Shown here: positions 1-7,958 of the stretch, one piece after another
Layout: each line of letters begins with the position of its first letter
Numbering within the stretch: position 1 is the first letter of the stretch
DNA from: Candidatus Woesearchaeota archaeon
GTDB lineage: Archaea > Nanobdellota > Nanobdellia > Pacearchaeales > GW2011-AR1
DNA length: 29,930 nt
NCBI GenBank assembly: GCA_964451595.1
Contig: CAYVIQ010000001.1
Coordinates: forward strand, 1-29,930
Direction of reading: 5' to 3'
Position numbers and translations under genes: made by a program
The notes under the pieces: model-generated
Database searches by the model: none
Seen by the model: only the letters and a program-made list of their open reading frames with translations
Told to the model about the DNA's origin: nothing

Positions 1-1
1 A

Positions 2-100
2 ATAAAAGATAATTTTAAACCTGATTTGAAAGAAAAAGGAATTATTTTTGGAGTTCCTTTATATGGGAATTATTTTCCAAAAAACTACCAAAAAATTTAA
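2..100 (+). CDS. 3' end of an unidentified ORF truncated by the window edge (...IKDNFKPDLKEKGIIFGVPLYGNYFPKNYQKI*)
   Basis: Open frame from position 2 to TAA at 98-100; protein-like composition; too short to assign. Confidence 0.5.
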   Translation: MKDNFKPDLKEKGIIFGVPLYGNYFPKNYQKI

Positions 101-124
101 ATATGAAAGTTTTTTCATGTAGAC

Positions 125-739
125 ATGACAAATGAATTTTTAGATTTACCTTATGCGTATAATTCTTTAGAACCATTTATTGATGAAGAAACAATGAAGA
201 TTCACCACGATAAACATCACAAAGCTTATTTTGATAAATTTGTTGCAGCAATAAAAGATTATCCTGAATTGCAGGATAAGCCGGTTAGGGAAATTCTTTC
301 CGATTTGGATAATATTTCAGAACAAATAAAACAAGCAGTGATTAATAATGGAGGGGGATTTTATAATCATTCTTTATTCTGGGATATTCTGTCAAAAGAT
401 AAACCATTTAATGAGACTTCTGAAATTGGTCAGGAAGTTCTGAAGAAATTTGGGAGTTTTGAGAATTTTAAAGAGCAATTATCAAATGCTGCAGCGACGC
501 AGTTTGGAAGTGGTTGGGCTTGGTTAGTTTATGATAAAACTTTGAGACAGGTTGAAATTATGAAAACTTCAAATCAAGATTCTCCTTTATCTCTAGGAAA
601 AATTCCTTTACTTGGGATTGATGTTTGGGAACACGCTTATTATTTGAAATATCAAAACCAAAGATTGAAATATATTGAGGCTTTTTTTAATGTGATTAAT
701 TGGGATAAAGTTGAAGAAAATTTTGTTCAACAACGATAA
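125..739 (+). CDS. sodA: Fe/Mn superoxide dismutase with Mn-type signature residues
   Basis: IHHDKHH, NNGGGFYNHSLFW, FGSGWAWL, TSNQDSP and DVWEHAYY motifs; TTTAAATA at 96-103 upstream. Confidence 0.97.
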   Translation: MTNEFLDLPYAYNSLEPFIDEETMKIHHDKHHKAYFDKFVAAIKDYPELQDKPVREILSDLDNISEQIKQAVINNGGGFYNHSLFWDILSKDKPFNETSEIGQEVLKKFGSFENFKEQLSNAAATQFGSGWAWLVYDKTLRQVEIMKTSNQDSPLSLGKIPLLGIDVWEHAYYLKYQNQRLKYIEAFFNVINWDKVEENFVQQR

Positions 740-769
740 ATATTTAAATTCATTTCTCTTAAATGCTTT

Positions 770-1090
770 ATGAATTCAAAAACAAAAAAGAGATTAAATC
801 TTTCTGCAAAAATTATAGCAGTTTTTTATTTAGTTTTAATAACAATGTTTGCATTTGATGAATCTTTATTCAGCATTGTTTTTTTGATTCATTTACTTCC
901 TACAGTAATTTTTTTAAGTTGTCTAATTGTGGCTTGGTTTAAACCGTGTATTGGAGGAATTTTATTTTCTATGGCAGGGGTAGGCACAATAATCGTATTT
1001 AATACTTACAAAGAGTTTATGCCCTTTTTTGGAATATCTTTAGTTCCAATTTTGGTGGGAATTTTGTTTTGGCTTTCAAAAAAACAATAA
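770..1090 (+). CDS. Small multi-pass membrane protein, function unknown
   Basis: 106 aa with about four hydrophobic segments; TATA-like TTTAAATT at 743-750. Confidence 0.8.
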   Translation: MNSKTKKRLNLSAKIIAVFYLVLITMFAFDESLFSIVFLIHLLPTVIFLSCLIVAWFKPCIGGILFSMAGVGTIIVFNTYKEFMPFFGISLVPILVGILFWLSKKQ

Positions 1091-1118
1091 CTTTTTATTC
1101 TTTTTAATCTTCTTTATT

Positions 1119-1245
1119 TTGGTGGCGTGCTGAATACCTGAGTTGTGCTAGGGATTAACAAAACTCGTGAGGTTCTATCCTAGCTAATGAACTGGCAAAC
1201 AGCATACGGGAAATAAAGGTGTCATAATACTCGCTTGGCTGCCAA
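1119..1245 (+). ncRNA. Candidate structured non-coding RNA, family not recognised
   Basis: 57/127 nt G+C in an AT-rich intergenic gap. Terminal helix 1119-1126/1238-1245 (two G-U pairs, so + strand); helix 1127-1132/1200-1205; helix 1147-1155/1177-1184; apical GUGA (GNRA) loop 1167-1170. Confidence 0.6.
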
Positions 1246-1278
1246 TAAAATTAAAAACCCTTTTCCCTTTTTCGCTGT

Positions 1279-1524
1279 ATGATAAAGAGTGTGATTGGGA
1301 TAGTTGGTTTAGTATTAATTATCATAGGGAATTTGACAATTTACAAATCGAAATCAATTAGAAAGAAATGGACTTATCCGCTTTTGATTCTTGGAGGGAT
1401 TTGCATGACTATTTATAGTGTTTTTCTTAATGATGTTATTTTTATAATTTTACAAGTCTTTTTTGTTTTAGTTTCAGTTTATGGTTTAATTAAAATTCAC
1501 CAAAAGGTAAAAAGGAAAAGATAA
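1279..1524 (+). CDS. Small 3-TM membrane protein, SemiSWEET/PQ-loop or LAB_N-like
   Basis: 81 aa, three hydrophobic helices, DVIFIILQ segment near helix 3; TTAAAAAC at 1251-1258; TAA-A-ATG coupling to the ligase gene. The family call is inference. Confidence 0.7.
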   Translation: MIKSVIGIVGLVLIIIGNLTIYKSKSIRKKWTYPLLILGGICMTIYSVFLNDVIFIILQVFFVLVSVYGLIKIHQKVKRKR

Positions 1525-1525
1525 A

Positions 1526-3244
1526 ATGCTTTATAAAAAACTTGCCGAACTTTATGAGAATTTGAATAGTACTACAAAGCGACTAGAAAAGATTGATATT
1601 CTTGCAGAGTTTTTGAGAGAGCTTTCTGAAAAAGATAAAGATGTAATGTATCTTTTACTTGGAGATATTTATCCGGAGTATGATGAGAGAAGAATTGGTG
1701 TTTCGAATCAGCTTGCGATGAAGGCAATTTCTAAATCCACTGGCACAGATGAGAAGAAAGTTTTACAAGAGTGGAAGCAAATAGGAGATATAGGAAAAGT
1801 TGCAGAGATTCTTACAAAAAAGAAAAAGCAATCCACTCTTCATTCGCATATTTTGAAGACAGAGAAAGTAATTGAAAATTTTCGGAAACTTCCAGAGTTG
1901 GAAGGGCATGGAACAGTTAATAAAAAATTATCTTTAATAACAGAACTTTTGACTTCTGCAAGTCCTGTTGAAGCTTTGTATCTTGTGAGAACGTTAATTG
2001 GAGATTTAAGAATTGGAATTAAAGAATCAACTATTAGAGAAAGTTTTGCTAAAGCATTTTTTCCGAAGAAAGATAAGAAAGAAATTTCCGATAAAATTCA
2101 GAGTGCAATTGATAAAACTAATGATGTTTCTTTGGTTTTTGAGATTTGTAAAAAAAAGAAATTCGAAGATTTGGATAAAACTGTTCTTGAAGTAGGTAAA
2201 CCAATAAAAGCTATGCTTGCGCAGAAGGCACCGACAATTGAAGCTGCATTTAAGGCCGTGGGTAAACCTTGTGCTGTTGAATATAAGTATGATGGGTTCA
2301 GATTAATTATTCATAAAAAAGGTAATGAGGTTATGTTGTTTACAAGACGTTTGGAAAATGTAACTAAACAATTTCCAGAAGTTAAAGAGTTTATTTTGAA
2401 ATATGTTAAAGGTAAATCTTTTATTCTTGATTCTGAAGCGGTGGGATACAATAAAAAAACAAAAGAATATACTCCTTTTCAAGCTATTTCACAAAGAATT
2501 AGAAGAAAGCATGGAATTGAGAAAATGCAAAAAGAACTTCCTGTCGAGATAAATGTTTTTGATGTTCTTTACTATGATGGAAAATCTATGCTTGATGAAC
2601 CTTTTAAAAAACGGTCTGAATTGGTTAGAAAAATTATTAATAAAAAACCTTATAAAATAATTTATTCAAAACAGATTATAACTTCTGACGAGAAAAAAGC
2701 TAAGGAGTTTTATAAGAAAGCTTTACATGATAATCAGGAAGGAGTTATGTTTAAGAATCTTGAAACTAGATATCAACCTGGTTCAAGAGTAGGCCATATG
2801 CTGAAGTTGAAACCTTCTGAAAGGGATTTAGATTTGGTTATAACTGGAGCAGAATATGGTACTGGAAAACGTTCTGGTTGGTTGAGTAGTTTTATACTTT
2901 CATGTAGAGGAAAAAAGGCTGAAGAATATTTAGAAATTGGAAAAGTTGGTACGGGAATTAAGGAGAAGAAAGAAGAGGGAGAAGTTAATTTTGAGAGATT
3001 GAATGAACTTTTGAAACCGTTAATAATTTCAGAGAAAGGAAAAGTGGCTAAGATAAAACCTAAAGTAATTGTTGCTGTTACATATCAAGAGATTCAGCAT
3101 TCGCCAAATTATAATTCAGGTTGGGCTTTAAGATTTCCAAGAATAACTGCTCTAAGAAATGATAAGCCTCTTTCAGAAACTGCGGACCTGAAAGAAGTTG
3201 AAAAAGATTTTGAAAATCAGAAAAGAAATTGGAGATATGGTTGA
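1526..3244 (+). CDS. lig: ATP-dependent DNA ligase (archaeal type)
   Basis: EYKYDG adenylation motif, EGVMFK, LKLKP..DLDLV, ALRFPRI OB-fold motif, N-terminal DNA-binding domain. Confidence 0.98.
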   Translation: MLYKKLAELYENLNSTTKRLEKIDILAEFLRELSEKDKDVMYLLLGDIYPEYDERRIGVSNQLAMKAISKSTGTDEKKVLQEWKQIGDIGKVAEILTKKKKQSTLHSHILKTEKVIENFRKLPELEGHGTVNKKLSLITELLTSASPVEALYLVRTLIGDLRIGIKESTIRESFAKAFFPKKDKKEISDKIQSAIDKTNDVSLVFEICKKKKFEDLDKTVLEVGKPIKAMLAQKAPTIEAAFKAVGKPCAVEYKYDGFRLIIHKKGNEVMLFTRRLENVTKQFPEVKEFILKYVKGKSFILDSEAVGYNKKTKEYTPFQAISQRIRRKHGIEKMQKELPVEINVFDVLYYDGKSMLDEPFKKRSELVRKIINKKPYKIIYSKQIITSDEKKAKEFYKKALHDNQEGVMFKNLETRYQPGSRVGHMLKLKPSERDLDLVITGAEYGTGKRSGWLSSFILSCRGKKAEEYLEIGKVGTGIKEKKEEGEVNFERLNELLKPLIISEKGKVAKIKPKVIVAVTYQEIQHSPNYNSGWALRFPRITALRNDKPLSETADLKEVEKDFENQKRNWRYG

Positions 3245-3347
3245 ATCTTCTTAGAAAAATTAATAAAATCCTTTTTTTTGAATAATTGTTTTTTCTCTTA
3301 TCGACAATACCTTTATAAATAAAAAATTTCTATATTTGTAAAGGAAA

Positions 3348-3929
3348 ATGGTAACAAAAAAGGCTACTCCGGCAAAGAAAAAGGAATCTTCTTATAAAAT
3401 TCAGAATATTGTGGCGACCGCTTCTCTGGGGAAACCTGTTCCTTTGACTAAACTTGCTCGAACTCAACCAAATACAGAATATAATCCTGAGACTTTTCCA
3501 GGACTTGTTTTAAGAATTAAAGAACCAAAATCTGCCGTTTTAGTTTTCTCTTCTGGAAATCTTGTTTGTACGGGAACTAAGTCTACTGCCCAAGTTAAAC
3601 AAGTTATAGAAGCTGTGATTAAACAATTAAAGAAGATAAATGTAAATATAACAACTGTCCCCAAAATAACTGTTCAGAATATTGTTGCTTCTGGAACTAT
3701 TGATCTGAAACTTAATTTGAATTTCCTTGCTTTGGAAATGGAGAATACAGAATATGAGCCTGAACAATTTCCGGGTTTGGTTTACAAGTTGATTGATCCT
3801 ACTGCTACTTTTTTATTGTTTAGTAATGGAAAACTTGTTTGTACTGGAACTAAGAACAGACAGCAACTTGAAGATTCTATGAAACAGCTTTTGAAGAATG
3901 TTAAGGATGCTTTGAAAAATTATAAATAA
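3348..3929 (+). CDS. tbp: TATA-box binding protein
   Basis: Two repeats: IQNIVAT..YNPETFPGLV..FSSGNLVCTG and VQNIVAS..YEPEQFPGLV..FSNGKLVCTG. Confidence 0.99.
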   Translation: MVTKKATPAKKKESSYKIQNIVATASLGKPVPLTKLARTQPNTEYNPETFPGLVLRIKEPKSAVLVFSSGNLVCTGTKSTAQVKQVIEAVIKQLKKINVNITTVPKITVQNIVASGTIDLKLNLNFLALEMENTEYEPEQFPGLVYKLIDPTATFLLFSNGKLVCTGTKNRQQLEDSMKQLLKNVKDALKNYK

Positions 3930-3966
3930 TCAAAAACTATTTAACTTCAAGTCTTTTTTTTAAAAT

Positions 3967-4476
3967 ATGATAAAAATAATTGTGGATAAAATTGCTAGAA
4001 TTATTAAAAGTAAGAAAAAACTTGAAAGCTTACTTGAAATTAAAATAACAAATCGAGGTAAGGAGGTTTATATAGAAGGTGATGCTGAGAATGAATTTAT
4101 TGCGGAGAAAGTTCTTGAGGCTTTAGATTTTGGGTTTCCGTTTTCAGTTGCAATTGAAATAAAAACCGACGATTTAGTTTTTGAAGTTTTGAATGTGAAA
4201 GAGTATACAAAACAGAAAAATCTTGAACGTGTTCGTGGGAGGATTATCGGAACCGGAGGTAAGACTTTGAAGGTACTCTCGGATTTGACTAATTGTTATT
4301 TAGAATTGAAGGAAAATGAATTAGGGATCATTGGAGGACCCGAGTTTATAAAAATCGCACAGGATGCAGTAATTTCCTTAATTAGAGGTTCTAAGACTGG
4401 AAATGTTTATTCTTACTTGGAAAAGCATAGACCTCAGCCTTTGATTGATTTGGGGTTGAAAAAGGAAAAAGAATAA
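3967..4476 (+). CDS. KH-domain pre-rRNA processing protein (Dim2/Pno1-like)
   Basis: Tandem KH folds with GRIIGTGGKT and terminal GSKTGNVYSYLE; TATTTAAC at 3938-3945. Confidence 0.9.
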   Translation: MIKIIVDKIARIIKSKKKLESLLEIKITNRGKEVYIEGDAENEFIAEKVLEALDFGFPFSVAIEIKTDDLVFEVLNVKEYTKQKNLERVRGRIIGTGGKTLKVLSDLTNCYLELKENELGIIGGPEFIKIAQDAVISLIRGSKTGNVYSYLEKHRPQPLIDLGLKKEKE

Positions 4477-4478
4477 AC

Positions 4479-4486
4479 TTTAAATA
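4479..4486 (+). promoter_or_regulatory. TATA box for tRNA-Asn
   Basis: TTTAAATA preceded by A-rich BRE-like AATAAAC, ending 24 nt before the mature tRNA 5' end. Confidence 0.7.
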
Positions 4487-4509
4487 ACAAATTTCTCTAA
4501 AATTCTCAT

Positions 4510-4624
4510 GACCCGATAGCTCAGTTGGTTAGAGCGAACGGCTGTTAAGTGCGAAATCGTCGAATGGGCGATTGACAAAATCACTGGAACCGTTAGGTCG
4601 CAGGTTCAAGTCCTGCTCGGGTCG
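4510..4624 (+). tRNA. tRNA-Asn(GUU) with a 41-nt intron at position 37/38 (intron 4548-4588); CCA not encoded
   Basis: Acceptor GACCCGA/TCGGGTC, discriminator G, D-stem GCTC/GAGC, anticodon stem AACGG/CCGTT, anticodon GTT 4544-4546, T-arm GCAGG-TTCAAGT-CCTGC. Confidence 0.97.
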
Positions 4625-4658
4625 TTTATTTTTTAAACAATTTTATTCAATATATTTC

Positions 4659-5786
4659 ATGGAGAAACAAAAAGTTTTGCTGGCTTTGTCTGGAGGAGTG
4701 GACTCGAGTGTAGCTGCGCTTCTTTTGAAAAAGCAGGGTTATGATGTAATTGGAGCTTTTATGAAAAACTGGAGTGATACAAAAGATCCTTTGACTGGAA
4801 GATGTGCGTGGCGCGGTGAGAGAAAATTTGCTATGCGGATTGCTGCCAAATTAAATATCCCTTTGATAACTTTAGATTTTGAGAAAATATATCGTGAAGA
4901 TGTTATAGAAAAGATGTTTGATAAATATAAGAAAGGGATAACTCCAAACCCAGATATTGATTGCAATCAAAAGATAAAATTTCCTTTATTGTTAAAAGAA
5001 GCGAAAAGACGGGGGATAAACTTGATTTCGACAGGACATTATGCTAGAGTAAAACAAAATAAAAAAACTAAGAAATATGAATTATTTAGAGGAAAGGATG
5101 AATTAAAAGATCAGTCTTATTTTCTTTACCGAACAAAAGAATCTGAGTTGAAGCATACTTTGTTTCCAATTGGAGATCTGACAAAAAAAGAAATTCGTGA
5201 GATTGCTAAGAAAAACCATTTTCCTAATGCAGATAAAAAGGGAACTGTGGGGATTTGTTTTATTGGGAAGATTAATTTCAAAGATTTTTTAAGGAAAAAA
5301 ATTCCTGCAAAGCAGGGGAAAATTCTTGATCCGGAAGGAAATATTATCGGAGAACATGATGGAGTTTTTTATTATACTATTGGTGAAAGACTTGGTCCGA
5401 GGTATGGCTTTGAGATTTCTCGAGAAAGTTTAAATGTTTCAAATAAACCAAATGAAAAATTTCAGAAATGGTATGTTGCAAGAAAAGATATTAAAAATAA
5501 TATTTTGATTGCTGCACCAAAAGATCACCCAATAAATTTAAGACAGGATATAGTTCTGAAAAATTTTTATTTGATTTCAGATTCTAAAGAAAATTTTAAT
5601 AAAAATAAAATAAAAGTTTTCTCTCGGATAAGGCATGTTGGAGAACTTTTACAAAGTAAATTATTTTATGAAAATGGTAAATGGAAAGTTGTTTTAGATA
5701 AAGCAATTACAGGAGTTTCTGAAGGTCAGGCAATTGTTTTGTATCGAGGAGAAAAATGTTTGGGGGGTGGAGAAATTAGTTTTTAA
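4659..5786 (+). CDS. mnmA: tRNA U34 2-thiouridylase MnmA (bacterial type)
   Basis: LSGGVDS PP-loop, FMKNW, PNPDIDCN, TGHYAR, KDQSYFL, GICFIG, EGQAIVLY. Start moved from 4572 (inside the tRNA) to ATG 4659, which has TTTAAACA at 4632-4639. Confidence 0.96.
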   Translation: MEKQKVLLALSGGVDSSVAALLLKKQGYDVIGAFMKNWSDTKDPLTGRCAWRGERKFAMRIAAKLNIPLITLDFEKIYREDVIEKMFDKYKKGITPNPDIDCNQKIKFPLLLKEAKRRGINLISTGHYARVKQNKKTKKYELFRGKDELKDQSYFLYRTKESELKHTLFPIGDLTKKEIREIAKKNHFPNADKKGTVGICFIGKINFKDFLRKKIPAKQGKILDPEGNIIGEHDGVFYYTIGERLGPRYGFEISRESLNVSNKPNEKFQKWYVARKDIKNNILIAAPKDHPINLRQDIVLKNFYLISDSKENFNKNKIKVFSRIRHVGELLQSKLFYENGKWKVVLDKAITGVSEGQAIVLYRGEKCLGGGEISF

Positions 5787-5822
5787 CACAAACAATTTAA
5801 ACCCTCGAATGTTTATTTGAAA

Positions 5823-6374
5823 ATGTTAGACAAGATAATACAATCTCGTAGAAGTATAAAGAAATTTAAATCGAAAAAGCCAGATTGGAGAGTTATAATA
5901 GAATGTATCGATTCAATGAAATATGCTCCGATGGCTGGAAATAATTTTTCTTTAAAATTTATCTTGGTTGATGATTTTGAAATAATACAGAAACTTTCAG
6001 AATTTGCGGAACAAGATTTCTTTTCTAATTCTCAGTATGTTGTTGTTGTTATTTCTGACGAAAATAGAATAAGAAGTCTTTTTGAAAATCGTGCTGAAAA
6101 ATATTTGAGGCAACAAGCAGGGGCAGCTATCCAAAATTTTTTATTAAAGATTACTGAAACAGGTTTATCCTCTTGTTGGATAGGCCATTTTTACGACGAT
6201 AAAATAAAACGTCTTTTGAAAATTCCTGAAAATTTTGAAATTGAGGCTTTATTTCCTATAGGATATGCTAATGAAAAGCCAAAACCGAAGTTGAAGAAAG
6301 ATTTAGATAATTTTCTTTATTTTAATGAATACGGGAATAATAAAATGGCTTCAAAAGATAGAATCGATGCCTGA
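5823..6374 (+). CDS. Nitroreductase-family flavoprotein
   Basis: SRRSIKKF FMN motif, APMAGN, GLSSCWIG, LFPIGY. ATG 5823 preferred over TTG 5817 on promoter spacing (TTTAAACC 5796-5803). Confidence 0.92.
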   Translation: MLDKIIQSRRSIKKFKSKKPDWRVIIECIDSMKYAPMAGNNFSLKFILVDDFEIIQKLSEFAEQDFFSNSQYVVVVISDENRIRSLFENRAEKYLRQQAGAAIQNFLLKITETGLSSCWIGHFYDDKIKRLLKIPENFEIEALFPIGYANEKPKPKLKKDLDNFLYFNEYGNNKMASKDRIDA

Positions 6375-6674
6375 TTTTCTTTTTCTAGAGATATAATTCT
6401 CGAATTGGTTTCTTGTAAGATATAATTTTCCGCTTTTTATTTTTTCTTTGTATTCAGAATTATTCTCTCCTGTCACATTAAAATAATCTTTTATTAGCTT
6501 TGCTTTTTTGAAGATTATTCTTGGAGATATTGAATCAAAGACTATTTCAAAATGTTTTGGGTTTGAATATATCAAAAAAGATATTGCTTGGTTTGAGAAA
6601 TTTTCTAAGGATATTTCATCCATAAAAAATTTATTTGCAAGAGTTTTTCTACGGGATTTATCTCTAACATTCAT
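6351..6674 (-). CDS. Hypothetical protein (107 aa)
   Basis: ATG start with TTATAAAG box (6695-6702) at the same spacing as for housekeeping genes; no recognisable motif. Confidence 0.65.
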   Translation of the reverse strand: MNVRDKSRRKTLANKFFMDEISLENFSNQAISFLIYSNPKHFEIVFDSISPRIIFKKAKLIKDYFNVTGENNSEYKEKIKSGKLYLTRNQFENYISRKRKSGIDSIF

Positions 6675-6717
6675 TTCTTATTTAAGAAAACTTTCTTTAT
6701 AAAAATTTAGAAAAATG

Positions 6718-6741
6718 TTTCCCTCAAGAAATTGAGGGAAA
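6718..6741 (-). terminator. Perfect 10-bp hairpin downstream of ftsZ, candidate terminator or 3' stability element
   Basis: TTTCCCTCAA-GAAA-TTGAGGGAAA; on the minus strand it is flanked by U-rich tracts. Confidence 0.6.
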
Positions 6742-6770
6742 ATAAAAATAAAAATAAAAAATTAGGAAGT

Positions 6771-7850
6771 TTACTTCCAGACTTCAATACCTAAATCAGA
6801 TATTTCTTTTCCAACAGGTTGGGAGTAATCATCAACATCCTTTCCAAGAACATAAGGTGATCTAACACCAGTCATAATTGTAATTACTCTTACTTTTCCA
6901 GTGAATTCCTTGCTAATTCTTGCACCGATAATTACATTGGCTTCAGGACCAAGATTTTCTGAAACAGTTCTACCGATAACGTCGAACTCTTCAAGCTTCA
7001 AATCAGGACCACAAGTTACATGAATTAAAGCTCCGCTTGCACCTTTATAATCCACATCAAGTAGAGGATTTGTTAGTGCTTGCTGAACTGCTTCCATAAC
7101 TTTGTTCTGAGTATCAGCTTCTCCAATTCCTATAACAGAAACTCCGCCGTTCTTCATAATTGAAGAAACATCAGCATAATCTAAGTTGATTAAACTAGGC
7201 AAAGTAATTGTTTCGACAATTCCCTTTATCATAGTGGATACAAGTTCATTTGCAACAGCAAATGCTTGCTCTATAGGTAATTGTCCGGCAATATCAACTA
7301 ATTTATTATTGTCTAATACGATACATGTATCTGTAACTTCTCTAAGCTCTTGTAAACCAAATTCAGCCTTGTCAATTCTAGCTTTCTCTGATTCAAAAGG
7401 CATTGTAACAACACCAATGACAACAGCTCCTGATTCTTTAGCAATTTGTGCAACAACTGGCGCAGAACCAGTTCCGGAGCCACCACCTAAACCAGCGATA
7501 ACGAAAACCATGTCAGCACCGCCAACAGCTTTTTTCAATTCGACTAAAGCTTCTTTTGCAGCTTCACGTCCAATTTGAGGTTTTCCACCAGCTCCTAAAC
7601 CCCGAGTTAATTCTTTCCCTATTAAAATTTTTTCGTCAGCTTTAGTAACACTCAAATGTAAAGCATCAGTATTTGCTCCGTAAATTGTTGCTCCATTTAT
7701 ACCTTTATTGAAAAGCCAAGTTACAGCGTTACATCCCATTCCCCCGCATCCAACAACTTTAATGTTAGCTTTTCCAGCTCTAAGTTCATCAAAATTAATA
7801 CTGTGTGTGGAAGAATTTTGTACCGCTTCTTTAGCAAAATCTAATACCAT
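6771..7850 (-). CDS. ftsZ: Cell division GTPase FtsZ
   Basis: IKVVGCGGMG, NTD, GLGAGG.P, GLGGGSGTG tubulin signature, NLDYADV T7 loop, C-terminal DLGIEV. Confidence 0.98.
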   Translation of the reverse strand: MVLDFAKEAVQNSSTHSINFDELRAGKANIKVVGCGGMGCNAVTWLFNKGINGATIYGANTDALHLSVTKADEKILIGKELTRGLGAGGKPQIGREAAKEALVELKKAVGGADMVFVIAGLGGGSGTGSAPVVAQIAKESGAVVIGVVTMPFESEKARIDKAEFGLQELREVTDTCIVLDNNKLVDIAGQLPIEQAFAVANELVSTMIKGIVETITLPSLINLDYADVSSIMKNGGVSVIGIGEADTQNKVMEAVQQALTNPLLDVDYKGASGALIHVTCGPDLKLEEFDVIGRTVSENLGPEANVIIGARISKEFTGKVRVITIMTGVRSPYVLGKDVDDYSQPVGKEISDLGIEVWK

Positions 7851-7903
7851 CTCTTTTTACCTCCTTCTATTTGTATAACTCTATCTACTAAGCAGATTTT
7901 CAT
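7841..7903 (-). CDS. Putative leaderless 20-aa uORF overlapping the ftsZ start (MKICLVDRVIQIEGGKKRWY*)
   Basis: ATG 7903 lies 21 nt after TTATAAAG (7924-7931); frame open to TAG 7843-7841, inside ftsZ. Confidence 0.4.
   Translation of the reverse strand: MKICLVDRVIQIEGGKKRWY
7859..7864 (-). promoter_or_regulatory. Shine-Dalgarno GGAGGT of ftsZ
   Basis: GGAGGT 8 nt upstream of ATG 7850. Confidence 0.85.
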
Positions 7904-7958
7904 AAAAAAAATAACGCATCCTTCTTTATAAGAATTATGTCGTTGGAGAATAGAATTT

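Noticed and set aside
1119-1245. Identification of the structured RNA as 5S rRNA, RNase P, SRP, SAM-I, TPP, ydaO, fluoride riboswitch or HDV-like ribozyme
   Set aside because: Each has only scattered word matches. Missing: 5S loop C CCGAAC, RNase P GAAAGUCC P4, SRP CAGG/GNRA/AGCA helix 8, SAM-I AUC/GAU P1 and k-turn, TPP UGAGA, HDV P1.1/P4.
4572-4658. N-terminal extension of mnmA in the ORF track
   Set aside because: It overlaps the tRNA-Asn intron and 3' exon; ATG 4659 has the promoter and matches the MnmA N-terminus.
6741-6762. Short (AATAAA/AAAAAT)n tandem run
   Set aside because: Low-complexity U-tract terminator region on the minus strand; not a CRISPR or iteron array.
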